This document shows, piece after piece, positions 20,601-31,705 of a stretch of DNA of 32,645 bases. Below the pieces are notes generated by a model that saw nothing but the letters and a program-made list of their open reading frames with translations, ran no database searches and was not told where the DNA came from. The translations under genes were made by a program, and so were the position numbers. Numbering within the stretch: the first letter of the stretch is position 1; each line of letters opens with the position of its first letter. The stretch is from the NCBI GenBank assembly GCA_030167865.1, contig JALAGF010002515.1:1-32645 (forward strand), in the 5' to 3' direction. The DNA comes from Craspedostauros australis. Its lineage: Eukaryota.

Positions 20601-21164
20601 CCGTCTCTCTGTCCAATGAAAGAGAGAGAGAGAGAGAGATTGTTCCATTAACAGTATTATAATAATACTATTATAGAAGCGAGAAAATAGGAATCGAACA
20701 ACATGACATGACATGATGGCACACATAATATTATATTATACTTCACACGCCATCAACTAAAGCCACAGCCATAACAATACAACAACAATAACAGTAGCAT
20801 CAACAGTAGCATCAACAGTAGCAATGACACGCACCTTCTCATTGGCCTGAGCTCCACCAGCAGCTCCACCACCTCCACCGCCTCCTTTCTTCTTCTTTTT
20901 CTTCTTCTTATTCTTGCCACCACCACCACCGCCTTCGCCTTCGTCTCCTGCAATGCCCTGCGCTGCTAGGAACGCAGCTGCCGCATCGACCGCTCCAGCA
21001 GGAGCCTCTGCAGTCGCGGGTTCCTTGGCAGCATCCTCCTTGGCAGCTGGCGCAGCATCCGTCTTGTTCTTCTGCGACTCAGCGTCCAGCAGAGCCTCCC
21101 AATCATCATCCGCGTCGGCCGCCTGCTTCTTCTGCTGCTGCTTCTTTCCCTTCTTCTTCGGCAT
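17672..21164 (-). CDS. EIF5B: Eukaryotic translation initiation factor 5B, exons 21164-20835 and 20341-17672 (about 999 aa)
   Basis: G-domain motifs MGHVDTGKT, EAGGITQQIGAT, DTPGHESF and NKVD, plus VQASTLGALEALL and ADIIYHLFD. Lys-rich N-terminal exon. Donor AAG|GTGCGT at 20834 and acceptor AACAG at 20342 give a phase-0 join. Confidence 0.96.
20621..20639. repeat. (GA)n microsatellite in the eIF5B intron
   Basis: agagagagagagagagaga. Confidence 0.9.
20790..20823. repeat. 12-bp tandem repeat (AACAGTAGCATC, nearly 3 copies) in the eIF5B intron near the donor
   Basis: Units start at 20790, 20802 and 20814. Confidence 0.85.
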
Positions 21165-21667
21165 CGTGCTGTCTTTCCTTTCTCTTTCTCTTTAACAGGT
21201 GGAGTTGAGTCGGAGTACGAGCTGTGGTACGTATTCTATTGTATTATGCTGTATTATATGTGAAGTTGTGGATGCCAAGTGAGTGTGTTTGAATGATCGT
21301 TTGAATGAGGAAATCGATGTGCGAAAATCCAAGGTTGAATCTGGAGGTGGTTTTACGTGTTTGTCTGTTCATTGGTGCGTTTCGACACCGCATTCATGCG
21401 CGTGTTGATGTCGATGGCCAAGGATTTTCAGACATCATCCACTCATGTTTCTGACGACGTACAGACGTTGATAACACACGTTTGAACCATCACAAGGAAT
21501 GCACGACTGGAACAGGCTCTTCCACGATTCACAGCGTCTGTTCTGATGTGTTTGGGAGGTGCTCTGCTGCACTGTGCTGTGATTCAATGTATTGTGGAGT
21601 ACTCCATCATGATCTGCTAGTATAATATAATATAATAGTACTCTACGACTATGTAGGTGCTGCACTC

Positions 21668-22675
21668 TTAAAACCATTCGTCCTCTTTATTCTCTATCCT
21701 CTCGCTGACGGCGAGGTAGTTCTGGTACGTCTTGATGATGCGCATGTCTCCATCCAGGTACAGAATCTCGAACTTGCCGAATGGCAGGGTGAGGCCGCCT
21801 TTCAATTCCACCGCGTTGCCGCCCCCGGTTGCCAGCTGCTTGATCAATGTCGCGGGCAGCCCTTGATTCTGCAGCGAGTCATCGTCGCCGTCCGCGCACA
21901 GCTCGATCCCCGCAATATCCAAATCCACGTTGTACGGCTTACCGGGATCGGCCTTGCCCGACGTCACCACTTTCTGCAGGATGCGCGATTCGCTGTCACC
22001 CGAGAAGGGCAGATTGAGACGCGCGGCGATATCGGGACGCTTCCATTCGATGACGTTCTTGATGTCGGGCGCGGCGCATTCCTGCCCGATGCGACCCAGC
22101 TTGGCGAAGGGGCTCGTGTCGAGGCCGGTGATGTCGGGTGCGTCCGTGTAGATCAACGTCCACTTTCCGGCCAGCGTGGGTTCTGGTGGCGGTGTTGTAT
22201 TGTCATCGTCGGACTTGGAGTAGTAGGGAGACGCTGGTTCTGAGGATGGATTGAAGGCTCTGATCTCCTCCACCAAGGTTCGCATTTGCTTGCGCTGCTG
22301 CTGCGTGGCTTGGAAGCCGCGTTTGGTGTTTTCGGCGACGTTGAAGATCTGCTCCTTCAGGTCATTTACAGCAGCATTCTCCTTCTCAGGGATGCCGTCG
22401 TTGTTATTGTCTTCGTCGTCGTTGCTGCCATCGTCGTCGTCGTCGTCGTCGTCGGTGCTATCGTTGACGGCGTTTAAGTGGAAGCGAAGCGGAGAGCGGT
22501 TGGAAAGACGGCATGGACGAAGGCAAGCAGAACATCCTCGAGACGCCACAGCCAGATCGATGCCAAATGCCGAGGCCTCATCCAATTGCCAGAAGCAGAG
22601 CAACGCAGCGAAGAGTGATGCTGCCATCGATCGTTCGAACAACGGTGCTCGCAAAGCGGTGCTTCCTTTCTTCAT
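21668..22675 (-). CDS. Plastid lipid-associated protein / fibrillin (PAP_fibrillin) domain protein
   Basis: Bipartite presequence ...LCFWQLDEASA|FG.... Motifs TKRGF, LAGKWTLIYTDAPDI and GKFEILYLDGDMRIIKT are typical of fibrillins. Confidence 0.88.
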   Translation of the reverse strand: MKKGSTALRAPLFERSMAASLFAALLCFWQLDEASAFGIDLAVASRGCSACLRPCRLSNRSPLRFHLNAVNDSTDDDDDDDDGSNDDEDNNNDGIPEKENAAVNDLKEQIFNVAENTKRGFQATQQQRKQMRTLVEEIRAFNPSSEPASPYYSKSDDDNTTPPPEPTLAGKWTLIYTDAPDITGLDTSPFAKLGRIGQECAAPDIKNVIEWKRPDIAARLNLPFSGDSESRILQKVVTSGKADPGKPYNVDLDIAGIELCADGDDDSLQNQGLPATLIKQLATGGGNAVELKGGLTLPFGKFEILYLDGDMRIIKTYQNYLAVSERIENKEDEWF

Positions 22676-23267
22676 GGTGAACGCTGTCAGGTGCGAGCAA
22701 TATATAATATAATAGAGTTTGTGGGAGAATGATGCGTTGCGCTGCAGCTCTTCTATTGCTCAATGGAGTGCAAGCGGAACCATCGTGTCAGGTTGGTTGG
22801 GGGCGCTTGTGCCATCGATCGTGTCGGAACACGTTGGCGGATGTGAGCGTGATGGTCGTGGAATCTTCGTGCCACGAACGGTTTGGATCCTTTTGGATTC
22901 GGATCTATTTCAATATTGTTTTCATGGTACCACAAATGTAGTGAAACAACAACACACAATAAATACTAGAGTTTGGGTACATAAAAACGATGCCACGCGG
23001 AACCAAGTCCTTCTCGAAACACGCCAAAAGTCCACGACGCACCCAAAAATGGAGATCTGCTTCCGCCATCGTCACCGCGCAAAAACAACTCACATCGTGT
23101 GTTCCTCCTCTCTTGCGACAATTGCGACTGAGGAGAGACAGGATCGCAACCATTCCCACAATCCAAACAAACAACACAATCCAACAAACGAATCAACAAA
23201 GCAAGTCCATTCCCAAACAAGGCATCATCTCTCTCCAGAATCTCACAATAGAAGTAGAAGCACAATC

Positions 23268-24340
23268 ATGATCCGCAGAATCGTCAGCATCACAGGGCTC
23301 TCCCTCCTCTTTCTGTCGGTATGTCCACTTGGGTGCAGTTGCCTGCATCGTGTTTCTTGGCTTCGCTCTACTCTCTGGAGTACTAGTATGGTATGCTCTC
23401 TCTGTAGTATGCTCTCTGGATTAATATAACATGATTGTGCACATGTGCAAATATAATGAAACTGATTGAGTTGTCTGTGTCTGCCATTCAACATATTATA
23501 CAATACATGCTCTATGTTTCTGCACTCACTCACTCGCCCACTCAATTGATTCGTTCATACATTCACGTCACGGATTTCCAATAACAGCCAACGGCCGCAC
23601 AATTCGGTGTGGGCGGTGGCCGCGGTGGACGCGCCAAGGGCGCCTCCTTCCAGGAACTGAATGAGCAGGCCAAGAAGGTCCAGCAGGAGGGCGGTGCCGC
23701 CGCCGGCATGGACATGGGAGCGATGGAGTCCATGTGGGGAGACGCCATGGAGGCCTTCAAAGACCCAGAGATGATGAAGCAGATGGAGGAGGCCATGAAG
23801 ATGCTGGAGGACATGACCCCGGAACAGCTCGAGCAGCAGATGCAGCAGGCGATGAAGATGCTCACGGACGGAGACATGATGAAGGAGATGATCAAGCAGA
23901 TGGACGTGGAGCAATTCGTGGCGCATCTCGAAGAGACGGGCAGTCTGCCAGCAGGCGAAGCGCAGAAGCTCCGCGAGGATCCGGCCTACTTTCAGCAGAA
24001 GCTGCAGGAGACCATGGAGAACCTCTCCACCCTCTTCCAGGATCCGGAGATCATCAAGAGCGCCACCGACATGATGACGGGAATGAAGGAAGTCATGAAC
24101 AACCCGGGCGTCCTCGACGAGATGACGGAGATGCTCATGAAGGATATGAGCGACGACAAGATCGAGGAGGCGCGTTTGGAGATCCTTGCCAGCCCGGATG
24201 CCATGGGCGGTCTCTTCGACTCCGAGGACATGCAGGACATCCTCAAGGACCCAAAGAAGTGGAGGGATTCCGTCCGGGAAGGCCAGGGCATGCTCGGGTC
24301 CGACTCTAAAGGCGCCGGCGTTGCTTCCGGTGAATTGTAA
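23268..24340 (+). CDS. Signal-peptide STI1/DP-repeat-like Met-rich helical protein, exons 23268-23318 and 23588-24340 (about 267 aa)
   Basis: Donor GTATGT at 23319 and acceptor AACAG at 23587 give MIRRIVSITGLSLLFLS/PTAA|QFG.... Repeated DP/NP helices (DPEMMKQM, DPAYFQQ, DPEIIKS, NPGVL, DPKKW). C-terminus SGEL. Confidence 0.8.
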
Positions 24341-24569
24341 CTTGTCAATCGTCGCTTGTCACTTCACACGCGACGTGTGGCAGCTGTTCGCCCAAACAAC
24401 CATCGCAGTCGCGTACCATGCACTGCCCACCGCATGGTAATGCTTGATTGGATCCTCACGAGATGCCAACGAGTTGCCTTCAGTTATGGAAGGCACACAA
24501 GCAGCAACGCAGTGGTCAGAAAAGTGGCTGGGGGTTATGCGAAAGCAGCAGTTCACTTGTGATCAGCAT

Positions 24570-25287
24570 GCTGTTTCAATTCCGACCGTCGTTAACGCGC
24601 TCGTTCTCCTTGCGCGACAAGCACTCTCTGGCGCCATCCTGCTCATGTGCGACTGTGGTTGGAATGTGGATAGAACACGAGCGGATGGAACACAACCAAC
24701 ACCCGAAGTATGTATCGTATCATACTAGTTTTCTACAAGAAAGTGTGCTACTCTACTAGTTCTGTCCTCAATTGCACGATCATGTCACACACGAAAACGC
24801 AAATATAAATACTGTTTTCATATTATATTTCACAATTGTTACACGCATCCCAATTCCTGGGATGGGGCATCATCTTCCCAATCGCAGCCTACTTCGGCCA
24901 CCTCACATTGGAAGTCCTCGACATCCGCAACAAAATCATCAAGATGGCGGCCGGCTCCTTTTCCACCGTCGTCTGCTTTCGCGTCATCGAGGCCATGTAC
25001 GAAACGCCAGCCTCGCCGGCAGTGGAGACCTCGTTGGGACATCACGCCGCGTACTATTCGACCCCGGTGCCATGCATCTCAAGGCGATGCAACGCGTCAA
25101 GGGGGCGCCGTACCAGACATTGAAAACGAGCCTGTTCATCCTGTGGCGCTTCGTTCTCGTTTCCTTCACGCTCTCTTTTCTGGCGCACTTCGACCACAAG
25201 GCATTCTCGACTGATCTGGTGGAACTGGGCAGCATGGAACTCTCATTCGATCTGTTCACGCCGCAGCATCTGACCAATGCGTACTGT
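24570..25287 (+). pseudogene. Frameshifted, truncated fragment of a membrane protein resembling diatom MBOAT/wax-synthase-like acyltransferases
   Basis: One frame reads FLGWGIIFPIAAY...STVVCFRVIEAMYETP...YYSTPVP. It shifts near 25075 to MQRVK...LSFLAHFDHKAF...DLFTPQHLTNAYC, after which similarity stops. A possible upstream exon ends at GTATGT 24708 with no clean AG acceptor. The family call is from memory. Confidence 0.5.
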
Positions 25288-25423
25288 CAGAGCCACCATC
25301 TTCTTGCTCACGGGCCTTCTCCTTTTGCTGAAACGGCCATTCCTCAAATTGCCAGGAGCAGCATCATTCGCCAAGGCATTGCCCACGCCGATCATTTCCA
25401 TATTGCTGGTGTTGGCGCATGCT

Positions 25424-25802
25424 CTCTTCCTTAAGTTCCGGAAAGTCGCCGACAAGCTCCTTGACCTTTTCGGGTCCGACCTGGATTGCGCGGTTCATGA
25501 GGGTGTATCCCTTGCCATCGTAGACTGGTCCGGGTCGGCTGTTGTGGTTCTGATACTGCTTCCCAATCACGACCTCGTTGCGCACCGCCTTAGATGCCAT
25601 GGATCGAAACCATGGGGGTGCCTGGAAGACCATACTATTGCGCCATACCTGTCGAGTACGGATCGTGGGTGATGCGCAAACCCTCCTTGCGGTGTTATTC
25701 TTTGGCGTTGGATGACATGATGACCATGGAAAGCGAATGGATGGAATAACGGGATGAATACGGTGCCGCCAAGGAGATCGCAAACAGCTTTCCCAGGATC
25801 AT
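25424..25802 (-). pseudogene. Decayed 5' fragment of an algal ankyrin-associated protein gene
   Basis: ATG 25802 reads MILGKLFAISLAA...AKE* (TAA 25697) HRKEGLRITHDPYSTGMAQ* (TAG 25637) YGLPG. After a frameshift it continues VVIGKQYQNHNSRPGPVYDGKGYTLMNRAIQVGPEKVKELVGDFPELKEE and is truncated. In intact algal homologues as I recall them, an STGGAxPLH ankyrin region follows, and it is absent here. Confidence 0.65.
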
Positions 25803-26392
25803 GCTATTGGCTGTGCTGAGAATCGACGACTTGACGACGATGTTGTTGACAGCAAGAATGATTGTATGATTGCGCAGAAGTTGTTCCCAAGAGCATCACG
25901 GGAACTGTCGCTGCCCTGCACCCCTTTGCACTTCTCTGTACACCCTTCTGCGTCACACGATACCCAGCATCACCATGAGTGATGTGTTGGTCTGCAACAC
26001 GGAATTGTCTGGATTTTGAGAATCGGACGATGGGGAAAATCTTGGTCTTGTGACGTGGATTTGGCGGGACTGATAGTTCGCATCGAATCCCGAGTGTGAG
26101 TCAGAAAATCTTGCTCGTCACGCACATCACCAACGCACTCACCGCCATTCACACGCGCCCCCACACGCATGTCCACCAAAGACCAGACGAGAAAACGACA
26201 ATGATGTTACTATTCCGCTGATGTTGCGGATAATGGAGAGAGGGAGAGAGAGATGGATCCTCTCCTCGTGCTTTGCAAACAGCAAAGGGCAACTGAACCA
26301 ACGACGGCGCACTGCAGCTTCCGCCTTCATAAAGTCAACAAGGACAGCAACCAACCAAGACTACACTGCCAGCACTATACCAATATTCCAAG

Positions 26393-27305
26393 ATGAAGCA
26401 GACACTCATTTCCCTCCTCGCCCTGGCGCTCATCCCAAGCGTCACGTCAATGGCGTTCCCGAACCCAGTCATCGAGACGATGGCCACCGCAATGGCCGTC
26501 GCCAAGCCAGTCTTCGGTGTTGAGGCCAAGCTGCAAGCCGCCGTGCTCGGCAAGATCGCCGGCGTCGATGAGGACCAGGTTGCCGCCGATCTCCTCGCTG
26601 AGCGCACTGCCAACAAGGTGCTCATCTACACCTACGCCATCTCTCCGTTCTCTACGGAGGCCATCAGCCTGCTGCAGAGCACCGGATACGAATTCACTCA
26701 AGTGGAGCTCGGCGTCGAATGGTTCCTGCTCGGAGGAGAGAATTCCGTCAAGCGCGTTCTCTTGTCGCAGGAGCTCGACAGCGGCGCCACGTCCCTTCCA
26801 AAGATCTTCATCGGAGGACAGTGCCTGGGTGGATATGGTAAGGGCAACGATGTTGCCTGCAGCATCTTTCAAGCACATCGGCGTTGAATGAATGCAAATG
26901 CGATGTGAACTCGCACTGCAAGACATGTCACATCACGCACTGCCAACAATGTGTGCTCGTTTGATACGAGTATGTGGTCGAGGAATGTTGCTGCTCTCGT
27001 GATAATATACTTCGCCCTGAGTGCCGCAGGATGATGTTCGTTTCGTGCAACCACTCACACGGCGTCGCCTTCTTTGCATCTTGTGGATACTGTTACAATC
27101 ATGACGCAAAAATCAAATCGGCGTCGTTCTGCGATGATCCCGCTCTGCGCAATTTGGGTTTCGCTCATGCTCTCACACGATGTCATCCTACATTGCAGCT
27201 GAGCTGGCCGCTGCTGCCAAGACTGATGAATTGGAGACTCTGTTGAAGAAGTCTGGAGCCAAGAAGGAGGGTGAGCAACCAAAGAAGCTGTTCCCATTCC
27301 TGTAG
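26393..27305 (+). CDS. Glutaredoxin-fold protein with SPFS in place of CPFC, signal/plastid presequence, exons 26393-26837 and 27199-27305 (about 183 aa)
   Basis: VLIYTYAISPFS, TSLPKIFIGGQCLGGY. Donor GTAAGG at 26838 and acceptor TGCAG at 27198 give GGY-A-ELAAAAKTDELETLLKKSGA, the usual Grx C-terminal helix. Hydrophobic N-terminus. Confidence 0.85.
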
Positions 27306-27464
27306 ACTGATGACGATTGCATTCGGCGCATGGAGGACACAAAATACGCCAACCATCTGATGTCTCAACGTTGAGATCTATGATCTTCAATGCTCAATAG
27401 GAATCGAGTTTTTGCTATCACACCAACCATACTCGTTGGTTATTGCTGAACCATACATAGTGTC

Positions 27465-29126
27465 CTATGCGGCAACCAATGCTTTGCTCTTCTGCTTCAT
27501 CTTGGGCGATTCTTCCATCCCCGAAATGTGCAATGCTGGCATAGATTGCACGATATCATCCGCTGCCTTGTCACTTGTCACATCGCTTTCCTTCACGGGA
27601 TCATGCAGAGAGAGATTCTCCAACTCTTCCATCAACTCATCCTCATCGATGACATCTGCCGAGTAGGAGGACTGCTGGAAGGTTGCCTGAGCGGCTTCGA
27701 CCATCTCGATCTCCTCCTTCCAATCCACGCAGACGTCGTCAATCGCGTCCGTCGTCATGCCCTTGTTCTCTCGCAGCTGCTTGAGGGTTTCGGCCGTCCC
27801 CTTCAGAGCCGCAGTCGCCGCTCTTGTCGAGATCGCTCCACGCAGCACGGAAAGCGTGCTGTGCAAGTTCAAGATGGAGGATTCCATCTCATGCGCCCGG
27901 TTCTGATAGAGGGCCTTGCGCTTGAGCTGGAACAGCGCCTGCTGCTTCTTGCCTTCTCGTTTGCACTGCAGTGCCTTGTCATAGCAATCATCTGCCGCTT
28001 GATTCCAACGATCCACCTGCGCTTCAGATGATGCGGCCGCTCGTTCGAGATCGAACATGGCGACCGCCGTCTCTGACAGCGTGTTGAGCTCATTGCGCTG
28101 CTCTTGATTACGATCGTCGTCCCACGACGCATCCTTGCACAGCACGACAAGATCGTCCTTGCCTGCGTCGCTTCGCGATCTGCGAATGATCTTGGCCATT
28201 CCGAGTGCCTCGAACACGTGTAGGAGCAGCTCCAAATCGCTGCTCTTCAAATGCCGCAGGAGATCCTCCTGTTCATCCTCTTCGTCAGGGCCTGATGGGC
28301 TCGAAGGACATTCCGCATTGTGGCACCACTGCGACCAGCACAGCGATGGATCATTGCGATCTTCGCATGGAAAACGGAGCATCGTCTTGAACGGAATGCC
28401 GATCTCATCGCAATCCATGACACTCACCTGCTGTTGCAGTTGTTCCATGCAGCGTTGGAGCAATTGGATATTGATCACAGCTGCATCCAGGGGGAGTGAC
28501 CGATTCTGAGCAGGAGCAGAATGGATGGCTCCATTGTCGCCATCATCTGGTTGCTGCAGTGCATCGTCATCCTCCTGCCTCCATTCAGGTGGCGGGTTGT
28601 AGTAGTCATCATCAGCATGGTCATAATCATTGCCATCATAACCCGGACGGGAATGATTTCCGACGCTGTTGTATGCCAACGTCACAGGGCTCAACAAAGT
28701 GGTGACGACGGAGAACAGACCCGAGGTAAGCGACGAGGACTTGCTGGAGGGCGGCGGCGTGTTGAGCGATGGCTCGGTCTGCTCTCGCGCTTTCGCTTTG
28801 ATCATTCTCAACTGCTCCGCAACTGCTTCTGCGGCCGAGGATAGCCGGCGGTCAGCGACACTCTTTGTACGATCATCGTCATTGCCATCGGTATCACCGT
28901 CAGCAACCTTCCCTCCACCTCCGGATGCATTGACGGCAGGAAGTGCAATCACATCGTCTCGCTGCGGGACGCTCCAAGAGAGCTCCGACCCGTCCGGAAG
29001 ACCGCCAAGCACATCGCCGGGTGTCGCAGTCAAGGACTTGCGTTGCATGCAGCAGGCTGCATGGGCAGCACTCCACGAAGATGGAATCGATGCACTGCCT
29101 GGCAGGCTCGTTTCAGTCTCAGCCAT
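27465..29126 (-). CDS. Snf7-domain ESCRT-III protein with long N-terminal extension (CHMP7-like)
   Basis: C-terminal Snf7 helices ALQCKREGKKQQALFQLKRKALY...TDAIDDVCVDWKEEIE...IDEDELMEELENL. The N-terminal region of about 350 aa, including DLELLLHVFEALG, fits a CHMP7 architecture. Start ATG 29126. Confidence 0.75.
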   Translation of the reverse strand: MAETETSLPGSASIPSSWSAAHAACCMQRKSLTATPGDVLGGLPDGSELSWSVPQRDDVIALPAVNASGGGGKVADGDTDGNDDDRTKSVADRRLSSAAEAVAEQLRMIKAKAREQTEPSLNTPPPSSKSSSLTSGLFSVVTTLLSPVTLAYNSVGNHSRPGYDGNDYDHADDDYYNPPPEWRQEDDDALQQPDDGDNGAIHSAPAQNRSLPLDAAVINIQLLQRCMEQLQQQVSVMDCDEIGIPFKTMLRFPCEDRNDPSLCWSQWCHNAECPSSPSGPDEEDEQEDLLRHLKSSDLELLLHVFEALGMAKIIRRSRSDAGKDDLVVLCKDASWDDDRNQEQRNELNTLSETAVAMFDLERAAASSEAQVDRWNQAADDCYDKALQCKREGKKQQALFQLKRKALYQNRAHEMESSILNLHSTLSVLRGAISTRAATAALKGTAETLKQLRENKGMTTDAIDDVCVDWKEEIEMVEAAQATFQQSSYSADVIDEDELMEELENLSLHDPVKESDVTSDKAADDIVQSMPALHISGMEESPKMKQKSKALVAA

Positions 29127-29814
29127 GGTGGCCTTGCGGATGTTGGACTTGTGCGACGGGATGGCGACAGCTGTTGTGAATGAATGATGCAGCGTGTTCG
29201 TGATGTGATGGTGTGGATCCTCTTGCCATAGGACTACAGAATGCCTTGATGATGGATGAACGAGATTGGGCACTCGTACTCACAGTATAATCGATCGTAT
29301 CATACTCACGTTCGATTGTCCAACCCTTGAAGGAAGTCCAGAACGAGTTGTTCCGCCTCCACAACAACCACCACACCAAACATCAACACAATTTGAAATT
29401 CAAACCTCAGTCCCAGAAATAATTCAATCACGGAAAGTGCCAAGAAAGCGACTGAATTTGTGCCTCCAATCAGCGAAGCTGATTTATCAAATAGCTATAC
29501 AAAATAGGAGCGCGTGTTTGCTTCAGCCAAGCCTCGATACTCCACTCTATCAACGCGTGTACTTGACACTACGCGATTTGTGTGGTGAAAGACTAGGTCT
29601 TTACGTTTTTATCGAGAAGGAGTGTAGACACGCGAAGGCTACGAGTATTGCTGCTGCTGTTCACGAGTCCGCATGAAAGCAACCGATTCTGTCTGATGAT
29701 GTGGTAGGTTTGCAATCATCATCCAGTCGGCATTGGCAGGACCTGCTTGAATTCGCGCACCGGGATCCATGCCCACAACCCTACTTGAAGAGGGCGGAGG
29801 CTACGACTGCCAAT

Positions 29815-30432
29815 TTAACAACCGACTGCCTTGATGCTGAAGAGATCAGTGGTGAAATCTCCCTCGACTCCTTGGGCCCAGATCTCCATGAACTGGATGT
29901 TGGATAGCACAGCTGGGGGTGGGCAGACACTTGGGAAGGCGAAGCATGGATCGAAGATTCTGCCGGTTGCATGGTACCAGTCACTGCTGAACTCGGAGAG
30001 TGGGATGGTGTATCCGTTCTGGCCTGGTCCAGCGATAGGGATGGCGGCGCGGTACTCGAATGGAAATGGCATGTATTTATGAGGAGGAGTATCTCCGAAG
30101 GCGACGAAGTATCCATTGTAGCCGGCGACGGAGTCCATGGTGACCTCGATGGCAGCGCAGCCAGCGATGTTGGGGAAGGACTTGGTGCCAATGATCTTGA
30201 CGAATCCTGGTTCGTTCAAGGATGGCTGGTATCTGACAATCCCATCGAAGTAAGAACGATCGCTTCCCGCAAAGAAGCTGCTCACGGATTCTCCAGCATA
30301 GATGGCATCGTCGGTCTTCACCTCCCAGCCGCTGTCGCCGCTACTGAAGTCCTGCAAGAGGATGTCGGCGTTGGCGGTGGAGAACATGCCCATGAGGGTG
30401 GCAGCGATGGCGGAAGCAACGGAGATCTTCAT
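29815..30432 (-). CDS. Secreted CIA30 / carbohydrate-binding-like beta-sandwich domain protein
   Basis: Signal peptide MKISVASAIAATLMGMFSTANA|D from ATG 30432. W..xD....G.S.S.F, FDGIV, PGFVKI, FPNIAGC, TIPLSEFSSDW and GVEGDF..DL.SIKA match the algal CIA30-type layout. Confidence 0.72.
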   Translation of the reverse strand: MKISVASAIAATLMGMFSTANADILLQDFSSGDSGWEVKTDDAIYAGESVSSFFAGSDRSYFDGIVRYQPSLNEPGFVKIIGTKSFPNIAGCAAIEVTMDSVAGYNGYFVAFGDTPPHKYMPFPFEYRAAIPIAGPGQNGYTIPLSEFSSDWYHATGRIFDPCFAFPSVCPPPAVLSNIQFMEIWAQGVEGDFTTDLFSIKAVGC

Positions 30433-31705
30433 GGTGTTGGTTGTTGTCAGGAATCGGGGGTACGACTTTGCAAAGATATCTTGTTCTACCGCAGCTCCCA
30501 CGGGGACTGACTGGAACCGAAATGGTATTATGCGCAAAGATACCCATGATTGCTGCAACCTTCAATAGCATCTCCCAGACAAACCGCAACCTAGCAATCG
30601 ATCAGTTGCACTCGGACAGCCCAATGGCCTTACCTGTCTTATGCAACATCCAAGCACCCTCATCCAGTGGCCTACTTGGCCATGTCCCGATAACGGTTGG
30701 GAACCGAGAGATCTATGATAACGGCAACACACCAGCCCATAAGTGAATCGAATGAGCGCGACAACCAATATATCTGGACAAGTCGATGCGTCCCTGAGAA
30801 TCTAATGTGAGAAAGTGAAACAGAGGCAATCCCTATTCACCCAAGACCACGATCCAGATGACAATAAGTTCCAAAGATTCAAAGGCAACCATCAAGATGA
30901 CCCTAGGAAGGAACTGAAATGACATGAACCGAAGTGGGACCAGTGAGGTGATGTGAGACCCAAGGAGAGGTACCCGCAGGTCTACGAGTATGAACTTGAC
31001 AAATGTAGGTGCTCTCCAACGCGCAGCTAAGCAGGCGATGAACCACCATGAACGCAAGATGCAGATGCAGATGAAGGGAGCCATGCCCAAGAGTGTAACC
31101 TTGGACGGCTACTGCAGACCATGCTTGTTTTGGAATTGGAATCGAAAGGAGATGAGCATGTTGTGCTCACAGTTCTAAAATGGTACAGACTGATAACAGA
31201 TTAGTCTACTACTATAACCCCGGATTTCCAACAGATAGGATCGTCTTCTGTGTGTCTTGAGGTCTCTCCTTTGCAGCACCTACCAACTCGCAAGCGTCTG
31301 AATTCATTCTGTGTTCTTCTCCTCGCGGTGTTTTGTGTGGTTGGAGAAAGATTTCAGAATGATTCAGACGACTCTCTCAGAAAAATTGAACCGGAGAACC
31401 AAGTTTGGAGAACACCCACGCGAAACGTGTCTCGAATTCCATGTGACGAAAGCAGAGTGGACGAAACACGATGGTGGTGGATATTGTGTCAGGCAAGGCA
31501 CACAAAATCCCACCCTCTCTCGTTCTTGCTCTCTCATTCTCTCTCTCTCTCTCTCTTTGGAGTAGAGGCAACAACTCCAGCGAGTTCATCATCAAACAAT
31601 GCTTGCCATGGAGCCGTGTATCCCGAAATCCACGCTGCCGAAAATGGACCAGAGCAACTACCGCCAAGGGGGAAGGCAAAGACACCACCTAAAAAAGACG
31701 ACACA

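Noticed and set aside
20757-21164. Stand-alone 135-aa Lys-rich membrane protein
   Set aside because: It is exon 1 of eIF5B, and the hydrophobic tail is translated intron.
3421-21164. queH + eIF5B as a translation-related operon or bacterial contig
   Set aside because: The genes are 13 kb apart with unrelated genes between them. Introns and eukaryote-specific genes exclude a prokaryotic operon.
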